Origin: Chloropicon primus | Taxonomy: Eukaryota | Assembly (NCBI GenBank): GCA_023205875.1 | Contig: CP060766.1 | Span: 186,001 to 250,000 of the forward strand | Length of the DNA stretch: 64,000 bases | Direction: 5' to 3' | Shown here: in pieces, positions 32,309 to 43,930 of the stretch | How the letters are laid out: every line of letters starts with the position of its first letter | Position numbering within the stretch: position 1 is the stretch's first letter | Notes under the pieces: model-generated | The model's database searches: none | What the model saw: only the letters and a program-made list of their open reading frames with translations | Told to the model about the DNA's origin: nothing | Position numbers and translations under genes: made by a program

Positions 32309-32791
32309 ATGCCAAGGCGTGAAGGAGGGAGGATGCCAAGGCGTGAAGCGGAAGGTGAGGCTCGAAGGCAAGGATTTTGTTTTTGCCAAGCTTGGGTTGC
32401 GCTGACTTTTGCTCCACCCACCTTTGTTCCACCTTTCAGGAGCTGACTTTGAGGTCTCACAAGGTGTGTCTGTCGTCGACACCTTCGACAAGATGGGCCT
32501 CCGTGAGGACCTCCTTCGTGGCATATACGAGTATGGCTTCGACAAGCCGTCGGCGATACAGCAGCGTGCTGTTGTTCCGATCATCAAAGGGAGAGACGTG
32601 ATTGCACAAGCTCAAAGTGGTACAGGAAAGACTTCTATGATATCCTTGGCCGTCTGTCAGAATATCAACACGGAGACTAGGGAGTAAGTCAAGGGCACTG
32701 AGGTGGAGTCCCGCGGCATTGAAAAGCAAATCGAAATGGAATGGCTTGAACCTGAAAGAATTTCTGGGCCCTGACAAGTTTGCCTCCCTCC

Positions 32792-32838
<47 letters not shown>

Positions 32839-33790
32839 CGTGCGTGCGTGTGCGTCGTACCGCACAAACAGGGTGCAGGCTCTTATCGTTTCGCCCACGA
32901 GAGAGCTGGCGACCCAAACGGATAAGGTTATCCTTGCTATCGGAGACTTCATGAACGTTCAGACGCACTGCTGTATCGGAGGCAAATCGGTCGGCGAAGA
33001 CATCAGAAAACTTGATCACGGCGTTCACGTCGTGAGTGGAACCCCCGGAAGGCTTTTTGACATGATCAAGAGAAGGACCCTGAGGACCAGGCAAATCAAG
33101 CTCCTGATCCTGGACGAGGCGGACGAGATGCTTAACAGAGGTTTCAAGGAGCAGATCTTCGACATTTATCGCTACCTTCCTCCTGAGACGCAAGTCGTCC
33201 TGGTGTCGGCCACCCTGCCCCAGGACGTCTTGCAAGTGACGGAGAAGTTCATGACGGATCCTTTGCGGATTTTGGTGAAGCGGGACGAGCTGACCCTCGA
33301 GGGAATCAAGCAGTTCTTCGTTGCTGTTGAGAGGGAGGAATGGAAGTTTGATACGCTGTGCGACTTGTACGACACGTTGACCATCACTCAGGCCGTCATA
33401 TTTTGCAACAAGAGGAAGAAGGTCGAGTGGCTCGCTGAGAAGATGAGGGCGAACAACTTCACGGTTTCTGCCATGCACGGAGACATGCCTCAGAAGGAGA
33501 GGGACTTGATCATGTCTGATTTTAGGAGCGGGACGTCGAGGGTTCTCATTACTACGGATATTTGGGCAAGAGGGTTGGACGTGCAGCAGGTGTCCCTGGT
33601 GATCAACTACGACTTGCCGGTGAACCGGGAGCTCTACATCCACAGGATCGGCCGTTCGGGGAGGTTCGGGAAGAAGGGCGTGGCCGTCAACTTCGTCAAG
33701 GACGACGACTTGAACACGCTCAAGGACATCGAGCAGTACTACAGCACGCAGATCGACGAGATGCCAATGAACGTCGCGGACTTGATTTGA
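32309..33790 (+). CDS. EIF4A3: DEAD-box helicase eIF4A-III (exons 32309-32354, 32440-32683, 32872-33790)
   Basis: [59 protein letters not shown]; start may be 32333. Confidence 0.93.
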
Positions 33791-33946
33791 GAACGAAGCA
33801 CGGCTCATAAGAACTTTATCTAAGTAAGTTACATGCTCACGCGCCCCCGCCCTTCGCAGTCGCCGTCGCCGCCGCCGCGAAAAAGAGGGGGCCCGCGTTC
33901 GTTTTTAGTCAGCGCGTGAAAAAAGTCTGAGTCTTAAGAGTCTGAG

Positions 33947-34855
33947 TCATTGTGAAGGATATGGAATCAGAGAGGATCGAGCTCGTCCCTCACGGCGGCA
34001 TCTCTCCTTGTTCCAGGGGCACCTCTTGTAAATTAACCACTGGAAAACTTTGAGATGGCCTCTTTTCGCTGCCATGAGGGTCATTTCCGTGTGCCACAAG
34101 CAACCTTGGCTGCTTGCATATTGCAGCACGCTCAAGTGACCTCGCTCAGCAGCGACAGCGCAGATTGTCGATTCATTCCACGGGCAGCCCTCGCTCCGGG
34201 CCCACTGCAAGCATTTCAAGGAACCAATCGCAGCAGCCCAATGGCATGTCCTTTCATCCCAAGCGCACCCCTGACTCCTCAGCCACTGCAGGATCTCCAA
34301 GTGACCGCTATCAGACGCCCACGCACAAGTCCACCTGTCCATCAAGAGCGGTTTCTTGTTCTCTGGTATGTCGCTCCAGTACGTCTTAAGCACATCCAAA
34401 TAGCCGCTACTCGCTGGGACTAGGATGATGATATTCATGCACGCAGGTGCAGTCTCGGTCATGTTGAATCGCCTGCTCCACCAAGCGCACCAGTCCCTGC
34501 TGAAGTTCTCACAAACCTGGATTCCATCCTCCATATAGCATAGTCTGGTCACGAGCTTTCTCCCCGCCTGCTGCTGCGCCTCACGAAGCTGCTTCGAAGT
34601 CAAGGCGAAGGCCATGACGTCTTGATTTTCGATCTTTGCCGCAATCTTTGTCCATATCTCCGTCGGGAGCTCCGGGGTCGTCGCGTTCTCACTCGCCTCC
34701 GTTGTCCTTCTCCTCTTCCTACCGCTGCTCGTCTCTCCCTCGCCACCACCATCTGTCCCCTTCGCTTCGAGCTCCTGCTTCAGCTGCGCGTTACGTTCTC
34801 TTGCGCATCTTGGAGATCTTGGATCTTGGATCTTGGATCTTGGCTGTCGATACAA
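33947..34855 (-). pseudogene. F-box-like + ankyrin-like repeat gene, apparently 5'-truncated
   Basis: ELPTEIWTKIA F-box-like motif; repeats GCxW(D/N)ExTCxxAAxxGxLxxLQW; no in-frame ATG before the F-box, and the 5' end is an (ATCTTGG)n tract preceded by TAA. Confidence 0.6.
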
Positions 34856-35036
34856 TTATGATGCAGTGCTATGAGGCCGCGATGGCGGGAGGCGAGCGCG
34901 CGAGGAAAGAAGTTGGAGTGGTTCGGCAACCATACGGTTTGGTTTTCTTTCGAACGATATCGTTTCAAGCAAAATTTAGGTTAGGTTAGTTCGAGTGCCT
35001 GCTCTCTCTCCCTCCCCGCGCCGCCCTCGGCACGGC

Positions 35037-37002
35037 TCAGTACATGCGCCTGAGAACCGGGAGGCTCCTGATGCCGTACGCGCACGGCCACAGCAGCAGG
35101 TGCGTGGTGATCGTCACGAAGAAGAAGGCTCCCCAGATGCACCCCTCCACGAGCGGGTCCGCCCTCTTGGTGGTGGTCGCGAAGTTGAGCGCCTCCCCCA
35201 GCACGTTGACCCCCGCCGCCTTGAGGATCTCAACGTAGGCCACGAAGAGGGGCATGTAGAACAGGGTCTGGTTGGCATAGGCGGCGTAGGAAGTCTCCCA
35301 CACGGCCCTCGTGATCTTGGAGGGGCTCGTGGTGTTGAACCACCTCGACCACGCGTGCAGGATGACGAGGGTCACGGGCACGGTGTAGACGGGCGGAGTC
35401 AGGCACGCGAGCAGCTCGCTGTCCAGGCGCAGGGCGCCGGCCGCGACCTCCCAGTACTGCGCGAGGTCACAGAAGAAGATCACCCAGAACCCAAGGACGA
35501 TTGCCCTGAGGGTCCAGACCACCCACGCGTCCATCTTCTCGACCCCAGCGAGCCACCGGTTCCTGCCGCCGACCACGCCCGCCGCAAAGGCGGGAAGGTA
35601 CTCCGCGAGGCCGAACTCCCAACGATTCATGTCCCCAAAGTGGTCGTAGCCGGTGCCGTGGACCGCGGCGCGGACGCTGTAGAAGACCCCGCCCAGGCCA
35701 AGGCCGAGGACCATCAGCAGGAAGGGGTGGGGGAAGGGGATCCTGGCCGGCTTGGTGAACTGGGCGATCACAGCGTACGCGACTGAGAGAGAAAGAGAAA
35801 GAGGGAGGGGAGGCGGAGTCAGAGCTGTCCCTCGAGAGGCGTCGGCAAATTGAATCTCGCCTGCCCCACATTCGTTGTCTTGGGGACTCACCTGTGAAGT
35901 TCAGGAGCCACAGGATGAACCATGTGGGCCCCTGGGCGTAGAGGTACCTGAACTCGAGGAGCTGAGTGATGGTGCCCGCGTTTGCGCCAGCCATGCCGAC
36001 CAACGCCATCAGCATGTTGTCTGGAAGCAGGCGGTGCTTGGCGTACTCCTTGAGGCCCATCCACAGCAGCGGGGCGAGGAAGGAGGAGTAGATCAGGAAG
36101 GGCCCCCCGAGCCTGACGATCTTGCCCAGCACAAACCCCCTGAACCCCTTTTTGTCCAGGCTCTTGGGGCAGAACAGGGCCGAGATGAGGAAGAACACGG
36201 ACATCCAGAAGCGGTTCAGGGTGGTGACGAACCACCGAGCTCCGGTCCAGAACGTCGTGTGGTAGGCCCCCGCGCCGCTGGCAGCGGAGAGGCACCCGAG
36301 GTAAGCGGAGACGTTGTCGCTGAGGACGTCGACGATGTGAAAGGTGACCACCAAGAAGATCAGCAGGGACCGCAGGTTGCTGAGGTAGTTCGTGCCGCCC
36401 TTGAGGGGCTTGTCGTCGTCCGCGGCCCTCCCCAACGACTTCATCGGCGTCCTCATCTTCCCCCCCTCCTTCAGGGCCGGGGCCTCCTCGTCGCGCGCCG
36501 ACTGAAGCCGGACGGAGCGCATGGACGCGCGGAGGGTCGCGCCCGCGGCCAGCTTCCTCAGGCTCCTCTCCGTGTTATTCAGCGAGCGACAGGGCAGGAC
36601 CCGCAAGCTCCTGCCGGACACGACGACCTCGTCGAAGCAAACCGGCCGTGGCTGGGGGTCCTCCTCCGCATTGGTGGTGGTGGTGGTGGTCGTCCTCCTC
36701 GACTCCCGCCAGGATGACAGGACGGGCCAGAAGACGCAGCCCAGCCCGAGGAGGCCGATGGCAGTGAAGTTGGCGGCGTTGAAGTAGGCGGAGTGACGAG
36801 CCGCATCCGTGCTGTTGCCGAACTCGTCTAACGGGACGGCGATGCGCCAGGCCGCGACGACGAGGAAGAGCACACTCCAGGTGATCTCCAGCCAGAGGGC
36901 GGTTACGATCGACGCACACTCGTAACGCAGAGGCACGTCGCGGGCATGGCCCTTCGCCCCGACCTGCTCTGCGACGCCGCGCACCTCGGTCTTGCTCACC
37001 AT
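35037..37002 (-). CDS. Acyltransferase-3 family (OpgC/MdoC/NodX-like) membrane acyltransferase (exons 37002-35892, 35782-35037)
   Basis: YLSNLRSLLIFLVVTFH, FWMSVFFLISALF, KIVRLGGPF, GPTWFILWLL; ~10+ TM helices; phase-1 intron gtgagt...tcag. Confidence 0.82.
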
Positions 37003-37409
37003 ACGATCTCTCCCGGTCTCGGTCTCGGTCTTGGTCGCTCGCCGCGGGGCGGCGCGATCGTAGTAGAGGTTCGTTCTGTGGTGCGCTGAGGTCGATGGTC
37101 GCGGTCGTACGCCGATGTGCTCGCGAGTTCCACGCGTACCTCTCTCCAAGCCCCCCGGCGACAAGGCTGGGCGCTCGTGATTTGGGCATCCGCTTTTTCC
37201 AAGCGTTACAAGAGAGTCGGGGAGTAGACTAATCCCGTGCTGGTGTGTCGCGTGACGTTCAGGTCACGCCCATGACCTCCGGATCATGCCCGCTCGGTCG
37301 GGATCACCCCCCCTACGCGCCCCCGCCTCCATTTGCTCTTCCGCGTTGCGTCAAAGAGATCACGAGCAATCACTCCTGGATTGGCGCGCGGCGGGCGGAG
37401 GGGGCGGCC

Positions 37410-37742
37410 TGCACGGAGACATGCCTCAGAAGGAGAGGGGAGGGACTTGATCAGACATTGATCATGTCTGATTTCAGGAGCGGGGCGTCGAGGGTTCTCA
37501 TTACTACGGATATTTGGGCAAGAGGGTTGGACGTGCAGCAGGTGTCCCTGGTGATCAACTACGACTTGCCGGTGAACCGGGAGCTCTACATCCACAGGAT
37601 CGGCCGTTCGGGGAGGTTCGGGAAGAAGGGCGTGGCCGTCAACTTCGTCAAGGACGACGACTTGAACACGCTCAAGGACATCGAGCAGTACTACAGCACG
37701 CAGATCGACGAGATGCCAATGAACGTCGCGGACTTGATTTGA
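37410..37742 (+). pseudogene. Duplicated 3' fragment of eIF4A-III
   Basis: Near-identical to 33474-33790 but lacks the 5' three-quarters of the gene and has insertions at 37436-37464. Confidence 0.9.
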
Positions 37743-38010
37743 GAACGAAGCACGGCTCATAAGAACTTTATCTAAGTAAGTTACATGTTCACGCGCCCCC
37801 GCCCTTCGCAGTCGTCGTCGCCGCCGCCGCGAAAAAGAGGGGGCCCGCGTTCGTTTTTAGTCAGCGCGTGGTGAAAAAAGGTTCATAAGAAAATGCACTT
37901 CCTCGCCCCCCGCCGCATGTTTTTTTTCCTTCCAGTCTCTCCAACGGCATCCCACCGATTCAGGTTTGCCCTTCCCTCCTGTAGTCTTGTGCTTCTCCCC
38001 CCCCACCTGC

Positions 38011-38445
38011 TTAGGAGGCGGCCTCGAAGTTCTCGACCTCAGGAATGTCCTCGTCCTTGGAGCTTCCGGCAGCGGCCTCCTGCTTCTGGAACTGCTCGGC
38101 TATCTTCCTCAGGTTGTTGAGGTTATCCGGTCCCAGCTGTGGGATGATTCCAGGGAGCAAGTCCTGAAGCTTCTTGTTCTGAGAGTTTCCGCTAACGATG
38201 TAGGTGTTGGCAGCAATAGACGCCTGAACCTTTGGGTTGGTGAAGTGAATCACGTTGTCGTCCTGGAAGATGTTCACCTCCTCGATCCCGGGGATCGTGT
38301 TCACTCCGAGCCTCCTCAGGGTGTTCTGAAGCCTCTTGTCATCAGTTCCAGCGGTCTTGTGAACGGCTTTCTTCTTCCTCCTCACGGTTCCCTTTCCGCC
38401 GATGCGGACGTCTCCCGCCATCTTTCTCAGCTTTTCTACGTTCAT
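38011..38445 (-). CDS. BTF3: Nascent polypeptide-associated complex beta subunit
   Basis: VRIGGKGTVRRKKK, DDKRLQ, IPGIEEVN, HFTNPKVQAS, LLPGIIPQLG; probable 5'UTR intron ending just before the ATG. Confidence 0.95.
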   Translation of the reverse strand: MNVEKLRKMAGDVRIGGKGTVRRKKKAVHKTAGTDDKRLQNTLRRLGVNTIPGIEEVNIFQDDNVIHFTNPKVQASIAANTYIVSGNSQNKKLQDLLPGIIPQLGPDNLNNLRKIAEQFQKQEAAAGSSKDEDIPEVENFEAAS

Positions 38446-39388
38446 CTGCGAAACGAAAAGCGCGCGAAACAGACACACACACAAACCAAGAAACCGTTGC
38501 GTCAGTTAAAACTTCTTCCTCCTTCCTCTCCGCCGCGACGAGACCTCCTCCACTGCATGCTCTCCATGCCCTCCATGCCCTCCATGGCCAAAGAAAAGAC
38601 CTCACTCTTTCGAGGTCTTCCCCTTTGTCAAAATCCTCGACAGGGGGGTCTATGGAAAGGCCACGAAACCCGCATTACGATTACGTGACACCCTCCTCGA
38701 CCCAACCCTCCTCCCGTCCCGTGTCCGTCGTCTTACCTTGGCCTCTTCCTCTTCCTCGCCGTCAGTCAAGTCTCGTCGTTTCTATTGTGAAGGAAAACCC
38801 ACGCCACGACGCCGCCGCCAAACCCGACCCGATCCACGTTACTTTAAGTCAAGCATCTTTCCCTTCAACAAAATATTCGTTACTCCAACTGAGAAAACGA
38901 AGAAAACGAGAAAATTTTCGATCTGTTCCGGCGGCATGGACACCTATCACTCGCTTTTACACTTCTTTATACTGGAAATATCGATGAGAGATTTCCGGGT
39001 CGCCCAAGACGTCAAGGAACGGGGGAGGCGAGGGAGAGAGAGAGAGGTCGACGCTTTCGCTCTTCGTGGACGGAGAGTAGGTTCGATAGTGCGGAAAGCG
39101 TCTGGATTGGACGAAACTAGACCTCGAGATCTTTCGAAAGAGCCATCGCTCGAAGGATTTGGCCCAAGGGATCGTGGGGTTTGGGGCGAAGGGAGCGGCG
39201 TGAGACCAGGCAGCATTGCATTTGGTTTTGGACGGGAGTGAACGCGGAGCGGCGAGCGGAGGACGCGGCGAGGAGAACGTGGCGTCGGCGAGGAACTGGA
39301 GATCGATTTCTTTCGACGGACGGGTAGGTCGAGGGTTTCGGCGAAAGCATTGGGTCGAAGGAGCGAGGCAGAGGAGGGAAGACGTCGT

Positions 39389-40204
39389 ATGGCTTGTGCG
39401 CGGTGGGTGCGCCAGGGCGCGGCGCTGGCGAGGAGGGGGAGCGCAACGCCCGGCGTCGTGGGTTGCGTGTTCATCGGCGGTCTGGACGCGACGACGCCGG
39501 TGAGGCACTTGGCGGTCGGCGGCGGCGCCAACGTGAACGCTCTGGCGGACCAGTACCTGGACGAGATGAGGAGCCTCAAGCAGATCACGGGCCCGAGGAA
39601 GATCACGGAGCTTCTGGAGTTGTGCGAGAGCCGCCAGGACTTTGAGAAGGCCGTCGAGGTGCTTCGCCTCTCCCGGGGTTTGATGAACAACAGGAAGCAG
39701 TTCACCCCGTACAGCACGAACGTGACCAAAGCGCTGTTGGCGTCGTCCGACAAGGCGGAGGCCCAGGACGTTCTGTTCGACTTGGTCAGGGAGAGGAATT
39801 TGCTGGGGCTGCCCTTCTCGAAAACGAGGCTGCTGCGAGTCCTGAAGACGGTGCTGACGGATGCCGAGCCCATGCTGTTCAACGACGACTCGAAGATGTG
39901 GGAGGTCTACCACACGGCGGTCACCCAAGTGAAGGAGGAGAGCGGAGAAGTCTCGGCGAACATAGTCAAGCACATTCTGAGGCACCTGGTGCGGCACGGA
40001 AAGTCCGAGCTCGCGCTCGAGATGGCAAGCGACTTGGGCCGGATCTCGCCAGCGGCCTTGGACGCCAAAGCCATCGTGGACAGGTTCTCGAGAGACTTTG
40101 AGGAGCCCGGCGACGGTGGCGAGGCGGCGGCCGCCGAGGACGCGGAGGAAGAAGAAGAAGGCTCGTCGGGCGAGGGGGAAGAGGGGGGCGAGAGCGCGAA
40201 GTAG
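39389..40204 (+). CDS. Helical-repeat-like protein of unknown function, probable mitochondrial presequence
   Basis: Open 271-codon frame with host-like GC3-rich codons, Arg-rich N-terminus and acidic tail. Confidence 0.65.
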   Translation: MACARWVRQGAALARRGSATPGVVGCVFIGGLDATTPVRHLAVGGGANVNALADQYLDEMRSLKQITGPRKITELLELCESRQDFEKAVEVLRLSRGLMNNRKQFTPYSTNVTKALLASSDKAEAQDVLFDLVRERNLLGLPFSKTRLLRVLKTVLTDAEPMLFNDDSKMWEVYHTAVTQVKEESGEVSANIVKHILRHLVRHGKSELALEMASDLGRISPAALDAKAIVDRFSRDFEEPGDGGEAAAAEDAEEEEEGSSGEGEEGGESAK

Positions 40205-40314
40205 GCCGGAGCCTATCCCTCGAAAAAAAAAAGTGGTGCCTTGTCGCTTTACAGTTTTCGTTTAGGTGCGAATTCGGGTCGAGACAACGTCTGCGAGCGT
40301 GCCATCTCGGTGTC

Positions 40315-41379
40315 TCACAGCTTTCTGATGGTGATGGGCCACGAAGGAAACTTGTTGTGCCAGTAGGCAACTCCGTAGCTGGTCGTTGCGGGGGGCGGGG
40401 AAGGGAAAGGACAGTTTCGGGTCAGTGGGTTCCGCCCGGCTTTTGTGTCAGGCTAATTTGAAGAAGTTGTGAGACTTACTGCTCGAGCGTCCTCTTTGGA
40501 TCGTCCAGCTTCTTGCCGGCGTAAGCAAGCTTCTGCATGCCTGGGATGATGCCTCCTTTCTCCTGTGGTCCGAGCGCAACGAAAGAGAAGGGAGTAAGTC
40601 AAGTTATTTATAAATGCAGTTGTGTGAACTCGATCGAAAAGCACGCAAGCACGGTGCTCACTCACCTTAATCACAAGTCTTAGGTCCTCGATGGTCATTT
40701 TGGGCGAGACGTCGATCGTGAAGGGACCTCCGGAGTGCTTGCCATTCTGGTCTCTCTTGCTCCCGTACTCCTTCTCGGTATGCAACTCGCTCTGGACCGT
40801 GAGCTTGATGGTGGGCATGCCCTCGTATCTGAAGCCCCTCGGAACGTAGCCGTGAGGCACGCCCGTCTCGTACGCCTTCTTTCTGTCCTCGTCCTCCTGC
40901 TCTTTCGAGGGCTGGTACAGCGGCTTCCAGTCTACGCAGCCGTCGTTGTCGTCGTCGTAGAGAGAGGGGGAGAGAGAGAAGTCCCACGACAAGCGCGTTA
41001 GTACGCCTCGCGCAAGGCACTGAGGCGGAGGAGGGTGACCTACCTGAAAGCTGGCCGCCATCGGGCTGCACTACGGGCTCGTACTTCTCGTCCTCGTTGT
41101 AGAACGGGTAGTTGTTCGGCGGGACCGCCATGTACCCCGTTCGGCCCGTCCCTTGTGGCAGCAGGAAAAGAAAGAGTTCAAGGGGAAATAAACAAAAAGA
41201 GTTCCCCTTCAGTACGCCGCGAAGAAAGGAAAACCAAAGAGGAGTGAACGAAGAGAAGCGAGGGCCTCACCTGGCGTGGGGTTGTACTTGGTGACCGCAT
41301 CGCTGTTCACCTGCGCCAGATCCTCGTAGTCGGCCTTGAGCGCTGCGATCTCCTCCTGCTTCCAAGTCGTCGCAACCAT
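40315..41379 (-). CDS. Protein with C-terminal ubiquitin-like domain (exons 41379-41271, 41151-41044, 40931-40666, 40562-40480, 40378-40315)
   Basis: Four canonical introns give one frame; FTIDVSPKMTIEDLRLVIKEKGGIIPGMQKLAYAGKKLDD..RTLEHYGV follows the ubiquitin pattern; no terminal GG. Confidence 0.8.
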
Positions 41380-41835
41380 CCTGGGTGACCCTTGAGTAGA
41401 AAAAGTCCCGCGTCGACGGTGCTAGGGTCTCTCAAGGATGGGATTGGTCAACCAACTACTACTACTACTACGACGACGACTTCGCGCCTCTGCTTCTCTC
41501 GCAACGCAACGGAGCGGATAAGAGAAGCCAATCCAAACGCTCGAACGTGTCAGTCAGTCTCCTCGTCGGAGAGCGAACGAGAGAGGGAGAGCGAGCGAGC
41601 GAGAGCGAGAGCGAGAGATCCTCCTGTCGGTCGGGCCCGGCGAACTCACCTCCGATTTACGATGTCTTGTTCTGCCTGCCTGTCCGTCTCTCGCGCCGAG
41701 ACCCCGAAAACCCTTTTCCGTCGCTCGCCCCCTCGAGCGTTTCATTTCCTCCTCACGGCCGTTACATTTTTTTACACCCGAATCCAAACCCCTCCGTCAT
41801 CATCGGAGGGACCGCCAGGAGCTTGGGAGACCAAG

Positions 41836-43057
41836 ATGGTCGAAACGGAGACCAAGGCGGGGACCTTTGGTGGATGCTGTGGTCCAGAGCGGCTCGGCTC
41901 TTTCCCAACATTCCATGGTGACCTCTTGGGAGCTCTTCATGGTTGTGGCACGTTTGGCGGAGACTCGGGAAGCATGCAAGGGGCTGGGGAGGTTGGGGTC
42001 GGCGAGGAGAACGGGCACCGGCGGTCGGGGGGTGGGGTGGGACCACCGCCGCCGGGTCCGAGCGCGGTTGGGGCTCCGGGGTTGGAGGGTCCGCGCGTGA
42101 GGACGGCGGAGACGGCCCAGAAAATGCTGCGGGTGATCGCGACGGATGAGGTGGACGTGGAGACCTCGGAGCTCCTCGACAAGGTGAGGGAATCCATCAC
42201 GGAAGTCAGCGCAAACAAGTAAGTCCCGCACGCCACTCCGCTCCCTCGTCGTCGTCGCCGCAACCACTGACTGACCCCCGATCCTTTTGTTTTTCTCGCG
42301 CTCGCTGCCCTGGGACGTGGGCGTCCGCGCCACGCTCAACAATCTCGCCACCAGGAAGCCGAGGAAGCGGGCGAGGCTGAGGGACAGCGCGGACTGGACG
42401 ATCCAGGGCCCCGAGCCCCTCGCTGGCCTCGCCGGGGACGGGCACGAGGGGACCGGCGCCGGAGCGGATTCGATCGCCGAGGGCCCGGGCCTTGCCGCCG
42501 CGGCGGTCGAGGGGGGTGGCGGGGGGGAGACGGGGGATCTCCTCAAGCTGGCCGCCGGCCTGCTCGGCCCCGAGTCCGGCGAGGGCGCGAGCGGGGCGGA
42601 CATCAACTCCTTTGCCCTGAACGCCGTGGTCGTCCTCGCCAAGGCGGCCCTGAGGAGGGACGGGGAGAGCCCAAACACCAGGGCCTTGCAGGAGACTCTG
42701 GAGAACATGCACCTGCAGTACAACTCCCTGGCGAACGAGACCTCGTTCCTGCAGAGCAAGCTCAAGAGGGAGAAAGACACTTGCAGCGGCCTGGAGAGGG
42801 ACGTCGACCGGATCAGCAGGGACATCTGCGAGCTCAGGGAGGAGAACCGGGGGCTCAAGACGGAGCTCGAGGGCCTGGAGGCCCAGGTCCGGTGCAGAAT
42901 CTGTTACGAGAGCAGGAGGAACTGCCTGCTGATGCCCTGCCTCCACCACTTGTTCTGCACTCGGTGCATAGACCTCCACTTCCAGTCGAGCGGGGCCAGG
43001 ACGTGCCCGGTCTGCCGAAAGGGGGTGAGCGGCGTCCTGGTGACGCAGCTCGAGTAG
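41836..43057 (+). CDS. Coiled-coil + C-terminal C3HC4 RING (IAP/BOI-type) E3 ligase (exons 41836-42218, ~42355-43057)
   Basis: CRICYESRRNCLLMPCLHHLFCTRC...CPVCR. Confidence 0.85.
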
Positions 43058-43381
43058 TAGTAGAGAGAGAGCTGAACAGGCAGGCAGGCAGCCAGACAAG
43101 GAGTGCTAATAAAAACGCTTTTGCCCTTACAGTTACTTACTCATCATCATCACTCGCAGAGAAGAAGAGACAGAACAACGGAAGAGAGAGGGGGGGAGAG
43201 AGGGCCACCTAAAAATTCTATACGCGTGACCCAAGCTCCTGCCCAGCTCGCTCCTCCTTCGTCCCCCAACCCCGCGCCGTCGTGTGGGCTCCGTCCCCGC
43301 AAAGGCCTTGAGAATACAAAGCTACTCGTGTTCATAGTAGGTCAAGCCCCCCCCATTTTGGCTAAAAGCATAAGAGAAACC

Positions 43382-43930
43382 TCACGCGGAGGCCTTTCTC
43401 ATGGCGATGAGGTCAGCCTTCTTCGCTTCCCAGAAAGACTTCGCGGTCTCCATCCTGGCGGCCTCGAGCTCCTCGATGGCCTCTCCGTACTTCCAACCCA
43501 CGGCGGTCGAGAGGTCCCCGAGAACGACGTACTTGTGTCCGTGCTGCAATCTGAGAACCTTCAAGGCCTCTGGGACGACGAGCTTCTTCACCTTGTCGTA
43601 GGGAGCAGGGCATCCCTCGAAGGCCTGGAGTCTTCCGAGGGCGAGGGCACCGCGGTGCGTCTTGTGAGGAACCATTCCTCTAATGGTCCTCCACAAGATC
43701 TTCGCTGGAGCTTTGTAGTGGTAAGGCCCCTTCCTTGGCGCCGTGAGGTGCCTCTTCCTTCTGAACCTCTCGTACTTCATCTTCTGCCTGACGAACCCAC
43801 CGCTGACGCAAATCTTCTCGCACCTCACGGCCACGACCTTCTGGCCGTGAAGGAGCTGCTTGGCGATGATGCTCGCCAAGCGGCCGAGCATGTGCCCGGC
43901 GCAATCGATCACAACTACCTCAGGTGCCAT
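43382..43930 (-). CDS. RPL13A: 60S ribosomal protein uL13
   Basis: [36 protein letters not shown]. Confidence 0.97.
   Translation of the reverse strand: MAPEVVVIDCAGHMLGRLASIIAKQLLHGQKVVAVRCEKICVSGGFVRQKMKYERFRRKRHLTAPRKGPYHYKAPAKILWRTIRGMVPHKTHRGALALGRLQAFEGCPAPYDKVKKLVVPEALKVLRLQHGHKYVVLGDLSTAVGWKYGEAIEELEAARMETAKSFWEAKKADLIAMRKASA

Larger units (their letters stand above)
33474..37880 (+). repeat. ~450-bp direct repeats (33474-33925 and 37410-37880) flanking a 3.5-kb insert
   Basis: The eIF4A-III 3' CDS plus 3' flank is present twice, with a few SNPs and small indels. Confidence 0.95.

Noticed and set aside
32049..32432. N-terminal 128 aa of the 1012-aa ORF 29394-32432
   Set aside because: Non-ATG start; runs through the divergent promoter, microsatellites and eIF4A-III exon 1; homology to the paralog begins at 32039
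33474..37880. LTR retrotransposon
   Set aside because: The direct repeats are eIF4A-III coding sequence; no gag/pol, PBS or TG...CA ends seen
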